Assembly: GCA_017454015.1 (NCBI GenBank) | Contig: JAFTDW010000006.1 | Location: 8,452 to 72,451 of the forward strand | Length of the DNA: 64,000 bases | Source of the DNA: Bacteroidales bacterium | GTDB lineage: Bacteria; Bacteroidota; Bacteroidia; Bacteroidales; P3 | Direction: 5' to 3' | Made by a program: the position numbers and the translations under genes | In this document: one piece after another, positions 26,019 to 35,464 of the stretch | Position numbering within the stretch: the first letter of the stretch is position 1 | How the letters are laid out: each line of letters opens with the position of its first letter | Notes under the pieces: model-generated | What the model was told of the DNA's origin: nothing | The model's input: the letters and a program-made list of their open reading frames with translations, nothing else | Database searches by the model: none

Positions 26019-26590
26019 GCAAGAGAATTATAAGAATTGGCCTGTTTGTATTTTTTTTCATGGTTGTTGTTGCGCCGTATGTTGGTCTATATTATGTTGC
26101 AGGTTGGTACAAAAACAAACTGAAAACAGTGGAACGAGCATCTGTAGTGATTGTTAATAAAGAGACAATGACATTGTCTGTTATTGACTATAGGGGTGTA
26201 GAGAAGTCGCGATACCAGATGGCATGTGGGCAGAATTATGGAAACAAAAAAGCAATCGGCGACAAGAGGACTCCAGAAGGGGTGTTCCACGTTGACGGTA
26301 TACGTGATGCGTCAACTTGGACACATGACTTTAAAGATGGCAATGGAGAAATTCAGGGGGCATATGGTCCATGGTTTATTCGTTTGGATACACCTGGTTT
26401 TAATGGCATAGGCATACATGGCACCCATCAGCCAGAGTCCATCGGTAATAGAGCTACAGAAGGCTGTATAAGATTGAAAAACGAAGATGTCAGCGCCCTT
26501 AAAGAGATTGTTTATATAGGCATGCCTGTTATAATTATTCCTTCAACACATGATGCTGTTGCAATGTTAGATAAAAATGAATGCAATTAA
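26015..26590 (+). CDS. L,D-transpeptidase (YkuD-domain) protein with N-terminal membrane anchor
   Basis: Catalytic motif GIHGTHQPESIGNRATEGCIRL at nt 26411-26476. There is a 4-nt overlap with the upstream gene. Confidence 0.85.
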   Translation: MSKRIIRIGLFVFFFMVVVAPYVGLYYVAGWYKNKLKTVERASVVIVNKETMTLSVIDYRGVEKSRYQMACGQNYGNKKAIGDKRTPEGVFHVDGIRDASTWTHDFKDGNGEIQGAYGPWFIRLDTPGFNGIGIHGTHQPESIGNRATEGCIRLKNEDVSALKEIVYIGMPVIIIPSTHDAVAMLDKNECN

Positions 26591-27206
26591 ACATAAAACG
26601 TCATTGTTAGTTACGGTGCTTTCACTGCTAATAGCATGCACCAACTGTCTGTATTCATGTGTAAGTTGCCATGATCCCAAGCAGTTAGAACGTGATCTGC
26701 GGCTTATTTCACAATGTATAGAAGATGAATACGCAACAGAAAACACTCAGTCGCACAATAGCTATGACGATAAAGGGAATAGACGTAGACGTGCAAGAGG
26801 AAGGCGCGTGAAATGCAATCGAGAAGGAAAGTGGTTATTAGTGTTTTATGCTTGGGGTTCGGGCCATCAAATAGCAGGCCATAAAAGTACTTTTGGGCAT
26901 GCGTTTGTGGATATACCAACAATAGGGCCTGTCGGGTATTCGGGCAAGGTGACGAACCATGCAGAAGAAGTAAAGTATGCAACATACCGTTGTGTAGTTC
27001 CTGTGTCGGATGACCAGCTACAACGTGCAATAAACAAATACTGGGATTGGGTGAATAATACGCCTGAATATGAGTTAATGAATTACGATTGCACCACATT
27101 CACACTTGACATAGCTGATGCTGCTGGTGTGAAGTATGGCCTCAGAGCAGTGACTTGGTCTCCAGCTGGTTTTTTGCGAGCGTTGATAGAACACAATCCA
27201 CAATAA
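26577..27206 (+). CDS. Putative lipoprotein with a possible His...Cys hydrolase (permuted NlpC/P60-like) signature
   Basis: Signal/lipobox region. GHAFVDIPTIG followed about 70 aa later by NYDCTTFTLDIADAAG. The enzymatic call is inference only. Confidence 0.4.
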   Translation: MNAIKHKTSLLVTVLSLLIACTNCLYSCVSCHDPKQLERDLRLISQCIEDEYATENTQSHNSYDDKGNRRRRARGRRVKCNREGKWLLVFYAWGSGHQIAGHKSTFGHAFVDIPTIGPVGYSGKVTNHAEEVKYATYRCVVPVSDDQLQRAINKYWDWVNNTPEYELMNYDCTTFTLDIADAAGVKYGLRAVTWSPAGFLRALIEHNPQ

Positions 27207-27224
27207 ACAAACACTTTATAGAAT

Positions 27225-28235
27225 ATGAAAACAGGTGATAATGGGTTGTGTTTGTGCTTGTTTGCATTTGTTTTGTCGATTTCGGCCTGCACACATCCTG
27301 AACAAGATGGATGTATGGTCGCATTGAAATACAACAAATGCCAAGACGATTTCGTTGCCAAACTGCGAAATGATAGAGATGCATTTGTGAATGGATTTGA
27401 TTATCGTCAGTACGATAATAGGGAAGCGGCAGAAAACGAATTGAGAGAGATTCTTAGTGAAAATATCTCATTGTATGAGCATCAGATAATGTCCGCAAAT
27501 AAGGTCTACGATGAGTACCGTAGAAGATATACGAAAAACGCCCGGAAAAAATTCCAGTTCAATAATTCCTATTTGTTGGCGATAAATGATGTCGATTTTA
27601 ATCCAGAGAGAGTTATCTGTCAAATAATGGAGAGTGATAAGGTGTTAGCCTGCATGAGGCATTTGATGCCTCTGCGCCCCAAGATAGCTCAGATGTGCCG
27701 CGACCTCAAAGGTCGTGAACTGGTAGAACGCGGAGATTCCAGATATTTTAACGATGACTGGAAGTTGGTTATCGGTGAAGAGTGTGTGGATAAACTTATT
27801 GTGACAGACTCGTCAAAAAACAATGATAAGTGGAAATATTATGTGAAAATGCGTGTTAGAGATGGAGGTCATTATTTTAATGCTGTGGCAGAGATTGTAT
27901 ATACAGCAAGCGGATTAGACAAGGAATGGACATTGACAGATGTGATCAGCCAGAACCTGTCAATATACAAGACTCATATATATCGCAGCTCAATACCTCC
28001 GCCCAAGATTGAAGTTGTAAAGGACTATTGGGGGGATCCAATAAATAAAGATGTTACCATAAGTAGTACATGTGATTCGCCCTTGATAGTGGGTGGTGAA
28101 ATGTGGGTGGATGATGACATAGGATGGAAAAAGTTCGTCTTGACTCTAAGTTCGTTAGGTTCCTTTACAATACATTGTGGTTACCGTGTTGACCCCCTGC
28201 CGGTAATTCGTCTTGATTTTGTGGAAAAGAAATAA
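27225..28235 (+). CDS. Hypothetical lipoprotein (336 aa)
   Basis: Lipobox (LSISACT). Last tightly spaced gene of the island operon. No motif recognised. Confidence 0.5.
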   Translation: MKTGDNGLCLCLFAFVLSISACTHPEQDGCMVALKYNKCQDDFVAKLRNDRDAFVNGFDYRQYDNREAAENELREILSENISLYEHQIMSANKVYDEYRRRYTKNARKKFQFNNSYLLAINDVDFNPERVICQIMESDKVLACMRHLMPLRPKIAQMCRDLKGRELVERGDSRYFNDDWKLVIGEECVDKLIVTDSSKNNDKWKYYVKMRVRDGGHYFNAVAEIVYTASGLDKEWTLTDVISQNLSIYKTHIYRSSIPPPKIEVVKDYWGDPINKDVTISSTCDSPLIVGGEMWVDDDIGWKKFVLTLSSLGSFTIHCGYRVDPLPVIRLDFVEKK

Positions 28236-28510
28236 CCTATAGTCTGTCATTGGATTTTGATTCTAATATATGTATTGTTGGTGTTTATGCACATCATGTG
28301 TGCGGACGGGATGTCCTGTGCAACATACTTAGTATTCGTTTTGGTTCCAGCGCATTAGGAAAAGGTAGGACACGGCGTAGGTAGCGGCTTCTTTGGTCGA
28401 CGCCTCTTCTAGTGAATAGGTGGTGTAATGGGCTTTCTGCAATGGGCGTATGTTTTTTGCTGTAATTATCGAAAAACAATTATTTGGTTTAACATAATTG
28501 GATATCTTTA

Positions 28511-28807
28511 ATGTTAATTTGGAATACCACACCAATAATAGTTTTGGCAGACGAAATTTCTGTCAAGGTACGGCAGATAGATGCTGCAATAGACTGGGAG
28601 AACTTATCTCCTGAAAAGAATGAAGCATTGACAAAAGCCAAGATGGAGTTGCTTTCTAAAATATCCTTTTCAAAACTTGAGGCAGAGAGTGGCCGTGTCG
28701 GTCATTATGTTGATGTTCAGGAAATCACGAATAAAATTTGCCATGCTTTTGGCACTTATCTATCTGTTGTTGAACAGACGTTTCCATATTGGAACGTTAA
28801 TTATTAA
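28511..28807 (+). CDS. Hypothetical small protein (98 aa)
   Basis: AT-rich ORF. Its stop codon lies inside the first bases of repeat copy B. No motif recognised. Confidence 0.3.
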   Translation: MLIWNTTPIIVLADEISVKVRQIDAAIDWENLSPEKNEALTKAKMELLSKISFSKLEAESGRVGHYVDVQEITNKICHAFGTYLSVVEQTFPYWNVNY

Positions 28808-28976
28808 TGAAAATGAATACTAAATTCTTTACCTAATTATTCTGGAATGCCCTGCAAGGGCATAAATCCAACAGCCCAGGGCACCGCCCTGGGTATAAAC
28901 GGCATCAAAATATATGCGCCCTGTAAGGGCAAAATCAATTTTAGGTATAACATTTAGCAGTCATTTAATGAAAAAT
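28805..28976. repeat. MITE/REP-like intergenic element, copy B, at the right edge of the AT-rich island
   Basis: Aligns end to end with 6193-6367, with a handful of substitutions and one 1-nt indel. Same orientation. Confidence 0.75.
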
Positions 28977-29118
28977 TAATGTGGTATTTGCGGGGATTAA
29001 TGTTCTTTTAAGTAGATACGAAAGATACGCGCGATATGTGGGGGCTCATTCGTGATATTCGTGCGATTAGTGTTCTTAAAAAAGTAAGAGAGATACGAGG
29101 AAGGAGGTGTGGGGGCGG

Positions 29119-30996
29119 CTACTCTATGTGGTATTCGTAGAGGCGTTCCACGGGTTCGCCCATGTAGTGGCACTGGGCTTTGAGCGTGCTGCCTGAGGGT
29201 ACGCTGAAGGGCTTGGTGTAGCGCAGCATCTCGGGATGGTAGGCTGTGTCGCTCGCTTGCTGGTTGCTGAGCACGGTGTAGTACACCTCAGTGCCTTCGC
29301 GTTCCCAGTCGATGGTGACATGGCAGTTGCCGTTGGCGTCGGCTTGGTGGTATACCACTATGGGTTTCTGGCTTGTGGAGCCTATGTGGTAGCCGAGGTT
29401 GCGGAGACGAGCTTCCTGGCTCACGAGTTTGGCGCGGAAATGGGGCCAGCTCTTGGCGTCGCGCGGCGACCACAGGCATTCGGCTGTGGCCAGCAGACGC
29501 GGCAGGAGCATGTACTCGGCTTGGTCGTAGGTCTCTATGTATTCGGCCCATAGGTTGCACTGCCCGCCGATGATGTTCTCCGCCCAGCGGCTGTTGAGCT
29601 CAAGGGGCACGGGATCGAAGGAGTAGGCGTGGTGCAGCGTTATCTGCGCCGGGAAGGCTGGCGGCTGGTAGTCGGCTTCGCCTTGGTAGAAGTTGAGGTA
29701 GCAGTATTCGCAGGGCGACATGATGACGCGGTAGCCACGGCGTGCCGCCTCCATGCCGCGCGAGATGTTCTGCCATGCCATGACAGTGGCCGACAGGGTG
29801 GCCCCACCATCGATAATCTCGTCCCAGCCTATGATGGTCTTGTCGTGCTGGGCGAGGTGCTCGGCCACGCGGTCTATCATCCAGGCCTGTAGCGGCTCTA
29901 CGTTAGAGAGCCCGAGCTGGCGCATGCGCGCCTGACAGCGTGGACAGCGTTGCCAGTTGTCCTTGAGAGCCTCGTCGCCGCCTATGTGTATGTATTGCGA
30001 CGGGAAGAGGGGGATGATCTCGTCGAGTATGTCGAAGAGGAACTGCATCACCGAGTCGCTGCCGGCGCAGAGTATGGCGCGCGGGGGCCAGTAGTTGCCC
30101 ACCTGCACCTGGTAGGAGGTGTCGTCGCCCTGACATCCCAGCTCGGGGTAAGAGGCGAGTATTTCGGCGCAGTGTCCGGGTATCTCTATCTCCGGGATCA
30201 CCTCTATGTGGCGTTCGGCGGCGTAGGCCACCACTTCGCGTATCTCGTCTTTGGTGTAGTAGCCGCCGTATGACTGCCGCTCGTCGCCGGTGTTGGGCTG
30301 GGTCTGGTCCCACGGCACGCCGGTGCGGTCGGCGCGCCACGAGCCCACGTCGTTGAGGCGCGGGTAGCGCTCGCTGGCTATGCGCCAGCCGTGGTCGTCG
30401 GTGAGGTGCCAGTGGAAGCGGTTGAGCTTGAAAGCCGCCATGATGTCGAGGTGTCGTTTCACATCTTTGATGCTGAAGAAATGGCGCGACACGTCGAGGT
30501 GGCTGCCTCGCCACGCGAAGCGCGGCGAGTCGAGGATGGTGCAGGCCGGAAGGTTGATGCGTGTGTAGCGGCGTTGCGACACATCGTCGGGCAGCATCTG
30601 CACCAGAGTCTGGTAGCCGTAGAAGAGCCCCGCCTCGGTGTTGGCGGTGATGTGTATGCCGTCGCTGCGCACTTCGAGCAGGTAGCCCTCGTCGCCAAGC
30701 TCGCTGTTAAGGGTGTCGTTGATGGTGAAGAGCATGCAGTCGGTGGTGGCGTTGCCCGACATGTTGGGGCGCAGGTGCAGCTGGCGCAGGCTGCCGAGCA
30801 CATATTTCACCGTGGGGTTGTTCTGCTCAAGGTTGGTGAAGCAGATACTGGTGGAGCCTGTCAGTGCGTAGCCGCCGTCTTTCATGACCATGAACGAAGG
30901 CTCGGGGACTATGCTGTAGTCGTGTATGTCTGCTCTGCGGCCGCAGCCGCAGAGCAGAACCACGATGGCACACAGAAGGCTGTACAGTCTTCGCAT
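29119..30996 (-). CDS. GH20 beta-N-acetylhexosaminidase
   Basis: Motifs HWHLTDDHGWR and HIGGDEA, with an N-terminal lipoprotein-type signal (LLCGCG). Confidence 0.9.
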   Translation of the reverse strand: MRRLYSLLCAIVVLLCGCGRRADIHDYSIVPEPSFMVMKDGGYALTGSTSICFTNLEQNNPTVKYVLGSLRQLHLRPNMSGNATTDCMLFTINDTLNSELGDEGYLLEVRSDGIHITANTEAGLFYGYQTLVQMLPDDVSQRRYTRINLPACTILDSPRFAWRGSHLDVSRHFFSIKDVKRHLDIMAAFKLNRFHWHLTDDHGWRIASERYPRLNDVGSWRADRTGVPWDQTQPNTGDERQSYGGYYTKDEIREVVAYAAERHIEVIPEIEIPGHCAEILASYPELGCQGDDTSYQVQVGNYWPPRAILCAGSDSVMQFLFDILDEIIPLFPSQYIHIGGDEALKDNWQRCPRCQARMRQLGLSNVEPLQAWMIDRVAEHLAQHDKTIIGWDEIIDGGATLSATVMAWQNISRGMEAARRGYRVIMSPCEYCYLNFYQGEADYQPPAFPAQITLHHAYSFDPVPLELNSRWAENIIGGQCNLWAEYIETYDQAEYMLLPRLLATAECLWSPRDAKSWPHFRAKLVSQEARLRNLGYHIGSTSQKPIVVYHQADANGNCHVTIDWEREGTEVYYTVLSNQQASDTAYHPEMLRYTKPFSVPSGSTLKAQCHYMGEPVERLYEYHIE

Positions 30997-30999
30997 TGG

Positions 31000-31848
31000 C
31001 TATTTGAGCACAACAGTGGCTTTGCAGCCGGTGAGTATCTCCTGATGGCTCTCGGTGACGAAGGCTATCACTTCAAGGTCTTCAAGCACCATGTCCACGT
31101 CGGATATTTGGGCAGGGATGGTGTAGGTATAGGTCTTGGTGAAGAGGCTTCCCTTTGTAGTGGTGCGTATGAAGTCGCCCCACTGTCCGCTCAGCAGGGT
31201 GCGCAGCATGTGCATGTGGCGGTACTGCGAGCCTTCCATCTGGCTGGGGTTGTAGGTGGAGCCGCCGTTCTGCCTGCCGAGGATGTTGTTCTGCAGCACT
31301 GCCACGTTGAGATAGTTCATCTCTGCGCTGCTGTTGTCGGTATAGTAGGCTTCCACGTCCACGGTCATCACGCGAGTGCTGCGGTTTATGGTGCAACGGG
31401 CTGCCACGTTCACTGGAGCAGGCTGTGCCATAATCTGGCTGGCTGCCGAATTCCATAGGTTGCGGTTGAGGGCTGTCTTGGAGCCACTAAACACATGGCG
31501 GTTAACGGTTCCGGCTGGGTATCCCGTGAGACCGGTCTGCGCGGCAAGAGCCGACCCCCACTCAGTGGAGTACAACACTGCGTATTGGCCGGTGTGGATG
31601 TTGATGCCCCACACCCGGCCGGGGTTGGCTTCCATGAGCTCGTTGACAATGCGGTGACCGTCGGGGCAGTAGCCGCAGTTCACGCCAGTATACTCCTCAA
31701 TGATGACGTTTTTGTTGCTTGGAGTCTTCGACACAAAGTGTTGCGGTTCGGGCTCTTTTTCGGGTTCATCTTCTTTGGTGCACGACACGGCGAGCGTGGC
31801 TGCCGCAAATATGGCTGCAATGGCCATCAGTCTGAAATTTGTTTTCAT
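31000..31848 (-). CDS. Omp28-related lipoprotein
   Basis: EEYTGVNCGYCPDGHR motif and a lipobox (LAVSCT). Paralogous to the N-terminal half of 31903..33603. Confidence 0.65.
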   Translation of the reverse strand: MKTNFRLMAIAAIFAAATLAVSCTKEDEPEKEPEPQHFVSKTPSNKNVIIEEYTGVNCGYCPDGHRIVNELMEANPGRVWGINIHTGQYAVLYSTEWGSALAAQTGLTGYPAGTVNRHVFSGSKTALNRNLWNSAASQIMAQPAPVNVAARCTINRSTRVMTVDVEAYYTDNSSAEMNYLNVAVLQNNILGRQNGGSTYNPSQMEGSQYRHMHMLRTLLSGQWGDFIRTTTKGSLFTKTYTYTIPAQISDVDMVLEDLEVIAFVTESHQEILTGCKATVVLK

Positions 31849-31902
31849 TTTGTTAATTATTTGATATTTATTTGTATGGTTTTGTTTCAGTTATGTGCCG
31901 GC

Positions 31903-33603
31903 TTATTTTTTCACCACTTTCTTGAGGGTTACGCCGCTCTCGGTGGTCACACGCACCATGTATATGCCTGCTGCGAGTGTGGTGATGTCGACCTGTGCAT
32001 TGTTGGCGTTCACCACGGTGCGGCCGCTCATGTCGAGTATCTCAACGCGGCGCAGCTCCGGTGCAACGATATTGAGCACATCCTCGGCAGGGTTGGGGTA
32101 TATATGGACGTTGGATGCCTCTGCTCCATAGATGCTTTCCGACGAGCCGCCGCCGTTGGTGAATTTGAGGTAGTAGCGAGCCAGGGCACCATAGGTACCA
32201 TTGTCGCGCACTATCAGTCCGTCGGCGTTGGAGAGTGTGAAGTAGCCATTGCCGTAGTTGCTGCTGCTAATGCCGTCGCCGTAGGCGTCGTACACTTCGA
32301 GCACATAGCACCCGGCCTCGGCAGGGTCGAAGGTGAGGTTGACGTCCTGCTCCGAGCCGTTGGTGCCGGGGCCCCACGACTTGATTACGGTGCCGTCGGC
32401 TTTCATGAACTTAAGGGTGGTCTCGCTGGCATACTTGTCGGTGTGGAGCAGCATGTTGACGGGCCCCTGCACCGTGTAGCTACTCTTGCTCAGTGTGGTT
32501 TGTGCGCCTGCATCGCTCACTGCCTGGCCATTGACCTGCGAGAGGTTGACGCTGAGGGTGTAGCTGGTGCCGTTGGTGAAGGAGCCGTTGATTGTCGGCA
32601 TGGCCACTTCGGATATGGAGCCTGCTGCGATGTTGCCGCTCCAGTTGTAGGTGTTGGTGTTGCCGTCTATGGTGTAGCTGAACACTGCGCTTGTGATGGC
32701 ATTTTCGCCGAGGTTCTTCACAGTGGCTTTGACGTTGAAGCTCATGTCGCAGTTGTAGGTGTCGTTGTTCTCGGTAACGGCGCTGACTTTGGGCTGGGCG
32801 CCGATGATCAGCATGTCGGCCTCGCAGCCGGTGAGTATCTCCTGATGGCTTTCGGCAACAAAAACAATAACTTTGAGGTCCTCGGGTACCACGGTCTCGT
32901 TGGAGATGGTGGCGGGGATGGTGTAGTTGTAGGTCTTGGTGAAGAAGCTGCCCTGTGTGGTGCTGCTTATGGTGTCGCCCCACTGGCCGCTGAGCATGTC
33001 GCGCAGCATGTGCATGTGGCGGTATTGGGTACCGACCATCTGCGTCGGGTTGAGGCTTGCACCGCCGCTCTGGGGACCGAGGATGTTGTCCTGCAGCAGC
33101 ATCACGTTGAGGAAGTTGTTAGAGGTGTTGCTGTTGCCTGTGTAGTAGGCCTCGACAATGAGGGTGAGTTGGCGCGTATGGTAGTCGATGGTGCAGCGGG
33201 CCGCCACGTTGACGGGCGACTGCTGGTTGAGGATGGTGTTGGAGGCTGCCGACCACTGCCCTCTATTCAAAGCTGTTGCCGAACCACTGCTGAAGGCATG
33301 GCGGTTGACGGTGCCAGCGGGATAGCCCGTGAGGCCTGTCTGGGCGGCGATGGCGGCTCCCCAGTTGGTGCTGTATTGCACAGCATATTGGCCGGTGTGG
33401 ATATTGACGGCCCAGAGACGGTTGGGGTGCGCGGCCATGAGCTCGTTGGCAATACGGTGACCATCAGGACAGTAGCCGCAGTTCACACCTGTGAACTCCT
33501 CAATGATGACGTTCTTGTTCGACGGTGTGGTCGATACAAATGTCTGTGCCATGCCAGTGCCAAAAAGCATGATGGCAAATGCCAAAATGATATTTTTTTT
33601 CAT
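31903..33603 (-). CDS. Omp28-related protein with extra domains and a T9SS C-terminal sorting domain
   Basis: EEFTGVNCGYCPDGHR. C-terminus IYPNPAEDVLNI...GIYMVRVTTESGVTLKKVVKK. Confidence 0.7.
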   Translation of the reverse strand: MKKNIILAFAIMLFGTGMAQTFVSTTPSNKNVIIEEFTGVNCGYCPDGHRIANELMAAHPNRLWAVNIHTGQYAVQYSTNWGAAIAAQTGLTGYPAGTVNRHAFSSGSATALNRGQWSAASNTILNQQSPVNVAARCTIDYHTRQLTLIVEAYYTGNSNTSNNFLNVMLLQDNILGPQSGGASLNPTQMVGTQYRHMHMLRDMLSGQWGDTISSTTQGSFFTKTYNYTIPATISNETVVPEDLKVIVFVAESHQEILTGCEADMLIIGAQPKVSAVTENNDTYNCDMSFNVKATVKNLGENAITSAVFSYTIDGNTNTYNWSGNIAAGSISEVAMPTINGSFTNGTSYTLSVNLSQVNGQAVSDAGAQTTLSKSSYTVQGPVNMLLHTDKYASETTLKFMKADGTVIKSWGPGTNGSEQDVNLTFDPAEAGCYVLEVYDAYGDGISSSNYGNGYFTLSNADGLIVRDNGTYGALARYYLKFTNGGGSSESIYGAEASNVHIYPNPAEDVLNIVAPELRRVEILDMSGRTVVNANNAQVDITTLAAGIYMVRVTTESGVTLKKVVKK

Positions 33604-33733
33604 ATTAATGATATCAAATATAGTTTAACTTTCTTGTTTATAGATAAAAAAACAACTTGAACAGAAACCTGCTCAAGTTGCAAATATAGTAATTATTTTT
33701 CAATAATTGACAACTCTTTATTATATATTTTTT

Positions 33734-33875
33734 ATGAATACTAAATGTTATACCTAAAAAAGACGCTGTTTGGAAAATTGCCCCGGAGTGGCAAACTCTC
33801 AATTGCCGAGGCTATGACCTCAGTTATTGAGAGCATGTGTCTCCGACACATTTAGGTAAAGAATTTATCAATCAT
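33734..33875. repeat. Element with the same terminal inverted repeats as copies A/B but a different hairpin cargo (copy E)
   Basis: Ends are ATGAATACTAAATGTTATACCTAA and TTAGGTAAAGAATTTATCAATCAT. Internal stems are tgcc/ggca, ctctcaat/attgagag and gtgt/acac. Confidence 0.5.
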
Positions 33876-33997
33876 ATTAATTTTATGCCAACCTCAAATA
33901 ATATTATCTCCGAGGCAATTCCTGCGCGTTTTTGGGTGTTGTCTTTAATGATTTTTATTGGTTTATGCGGTGGAGGGCTGTGTGTCTTTGGTCCGTC

Positions 33998-35419
33998 TCA
34001 GGGTAAGAACAGGTCGTCGAGGCACACTTGGTATTGCACGTCGTAGGAGTACTCGTTGCGCAGGAGTCCGTAGGGGGTTATCCATGTGGGGATGATGCCG
34101 CTGCGGGTCTTGCTCTCGCGGGTGAACGCCGCTATGCGGTTTCGGAGCTTCAGGTCCTCGCTGGAGGTTATGGCATACTCCGACTGAGTGTATTTTATCT
34201 CGCAGAGGTTGATGAGGCGGTCGGCGCGGTCGATAATCATGTCCACCTGCGCTTTGGGTGTGGTGTTGCTGCGCCATGAGTAGCACTCCACCGCTATGCG
34301 GTCGAGCCCGAGAGTGTGGCGTATCTGGTTGATATGCACCATACAGACGTGCTCGAAGGCAAGACCAAGCCAGGTGTTGACGACAGGTGTGTTGACGCGC
34401 TGCTCCCAGTAGTCGCCAGTGGTGAGCTTCTTGAAGAATGTGAGATGGAACAGCGTGAAGAGGTCGACCAGCTGGTAGTAGGCGTCGTTGGTCTTGGGCT
34501 TGCCTCCCACCTTGGTGATGTAGCGGCGTATGATGTCGCAGTATTCCAGGTTCTCAAGCTGTTTGCTTAGCGTGCCGCTCGACGACACTTTGAGCTTCTC
34601 GGCGATCTCTTTTCGCGTGAGCCCCTGCTTGTTCTTGCCAAGGACTTCGACGATGCGAATGTAGGGGTCTGGCGACTTGAACAGCGAGGCATATAGGCGC
34701 CGGTATTCCTGGCCGAGTTCGGCGTTTTTGCCGAAGTATATGCGGTCGATGTTTTGGGCAAGGCTCTCTTTGCTGTTGAGCAGGCTAAGGTAGTAGGGGA
34801 TGCCGCCCAGTATCATGTATGCCTCGACAATAGTATGGCGTGGCCACGGGATTTTCATGCTCTTAAGGTACGCCTCGGTCTCGGCCAGCGTGAACTGCCG
34901 CAGGTAGAGCCTGTGCGTGGTGCGGTTGTGCAGCCCGCCGTGGTTGTTGACGATGTTTTCTATCATCCACGAGGTGGCGGAGCCGCATACGATAAGGATG
35001 ACATTGTCACGCAGCGACGCCCATGTGTTCCAGAAGTGGCCAAGGGCTCTGATGAAGCCCGATTTCGGGGTATCGAAACAAGGCAGTTCGTCGATATAAA
35101 TGACCTGCCGCCCCTTGCCCTTGTGCTTGTCGAGGAGCGTCTTGAGCGCATCGAAGGCTTCGAGCCATGTGTTGGGTTGCGGGCCAGTATAGCCAATGCC
35201 TATCATGGCACTTGTGAATGCGTAGAGCTCTTCCTCGCGGGTGCCGTCGATGACACCGGTGGAGGAAAAGGCAAAGCGGTTGTTGAAGAATTGCTGTATC
35301 AGGTAGGTCTTGCCAACGCGCCGCCGCCCGTAGATTGCTACAAACTCGGCTCTGCCTGAGTTTGTGATGTCTTGCAATATCTTGATTTCTTGCTCTCTGC
35401 CAATGAATTTCTTATTCAT
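33998..35419 (-). CDS. AAA-type ATPase (archaeal-ATPase/DUF234-like)
   Basis: Walker A YGRRRVGKTY and Walker B VIYIDELP, with a C-terminal winged-helix-like and nuclease-like tail typical of this family. Confidence 0.75.
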   Translation of the reverse strand: MNKKFIGREQEIKILQDITNSGRAEFVAIYGRRRVGKTYLIQQFFNNRFAFSSTGVIDGTREEELYAFTSAMIGIGYTGPQPNTWLEAFDALKTLLDKHKGKGRQVIYIDELPCFDTPKSGFIRALGHFWNTWASLRDNVILIVCGSATSWMIENIVNNHGGLHNRTTHRLYLRQFTLAETEAYLKSMKIPWPRHTIVEAYMILGGIPYYLSLLNSKESLAQNIDRIYFGKNAELGQEYRRLYASLFKSPDPYIRIVEVLGKNKQGLTRKEIAEKLKVSSSGTLSKQLENLEYCDIIRRYITKVGGKPKTNDAYYQLVDLFTLFHLTFFKKLTTGDYWEQRVNTPVVNTWLGLAFEHVCMVHINQIRHTLGLDRIAVECYSWRSNTTPKAQVDMIIDRADRLINLCEIKYTQSEYAITSSEDLKLRNRIAAFTRESKTRSGIIPTWITPYGLLRNEYSYDVQYQVCLDDLFLP

Positions 35420-35464
35420 CTACCGTTTGTTTTACGATGTTGCAAAGTTACGAAATTTATCTGG

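Noticed and set aside
28236-28510. Small minus-strand ORFs (28294..28479, 28329..28535) in a locally GC-richer patch, possibly a gene remnant
   Set aside because: They are too short, they overlap each other, and I can assign no motif. This could be a pseudogene fragment, but it is not supportable from sequence alone.
14864-28976. Prophage, ICE or classical genomic island with integrase
   Set aside because: I could not recognise an integrase, transposase, relaxase, capsid/terminase or tRNA gene, and there is no clean att-type direct repeat. Only a compositional island can be claimed.
30391-33660. Long + strand ORFs (30391..31458, 31495..33660) opposite the GH20 and Omp28-like genes
   Set aside because: The translations are low-complexity and V/A/G/H-rich with no signal or catalytic motifs. 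The minus-strand genes have unambiguous family motifs.
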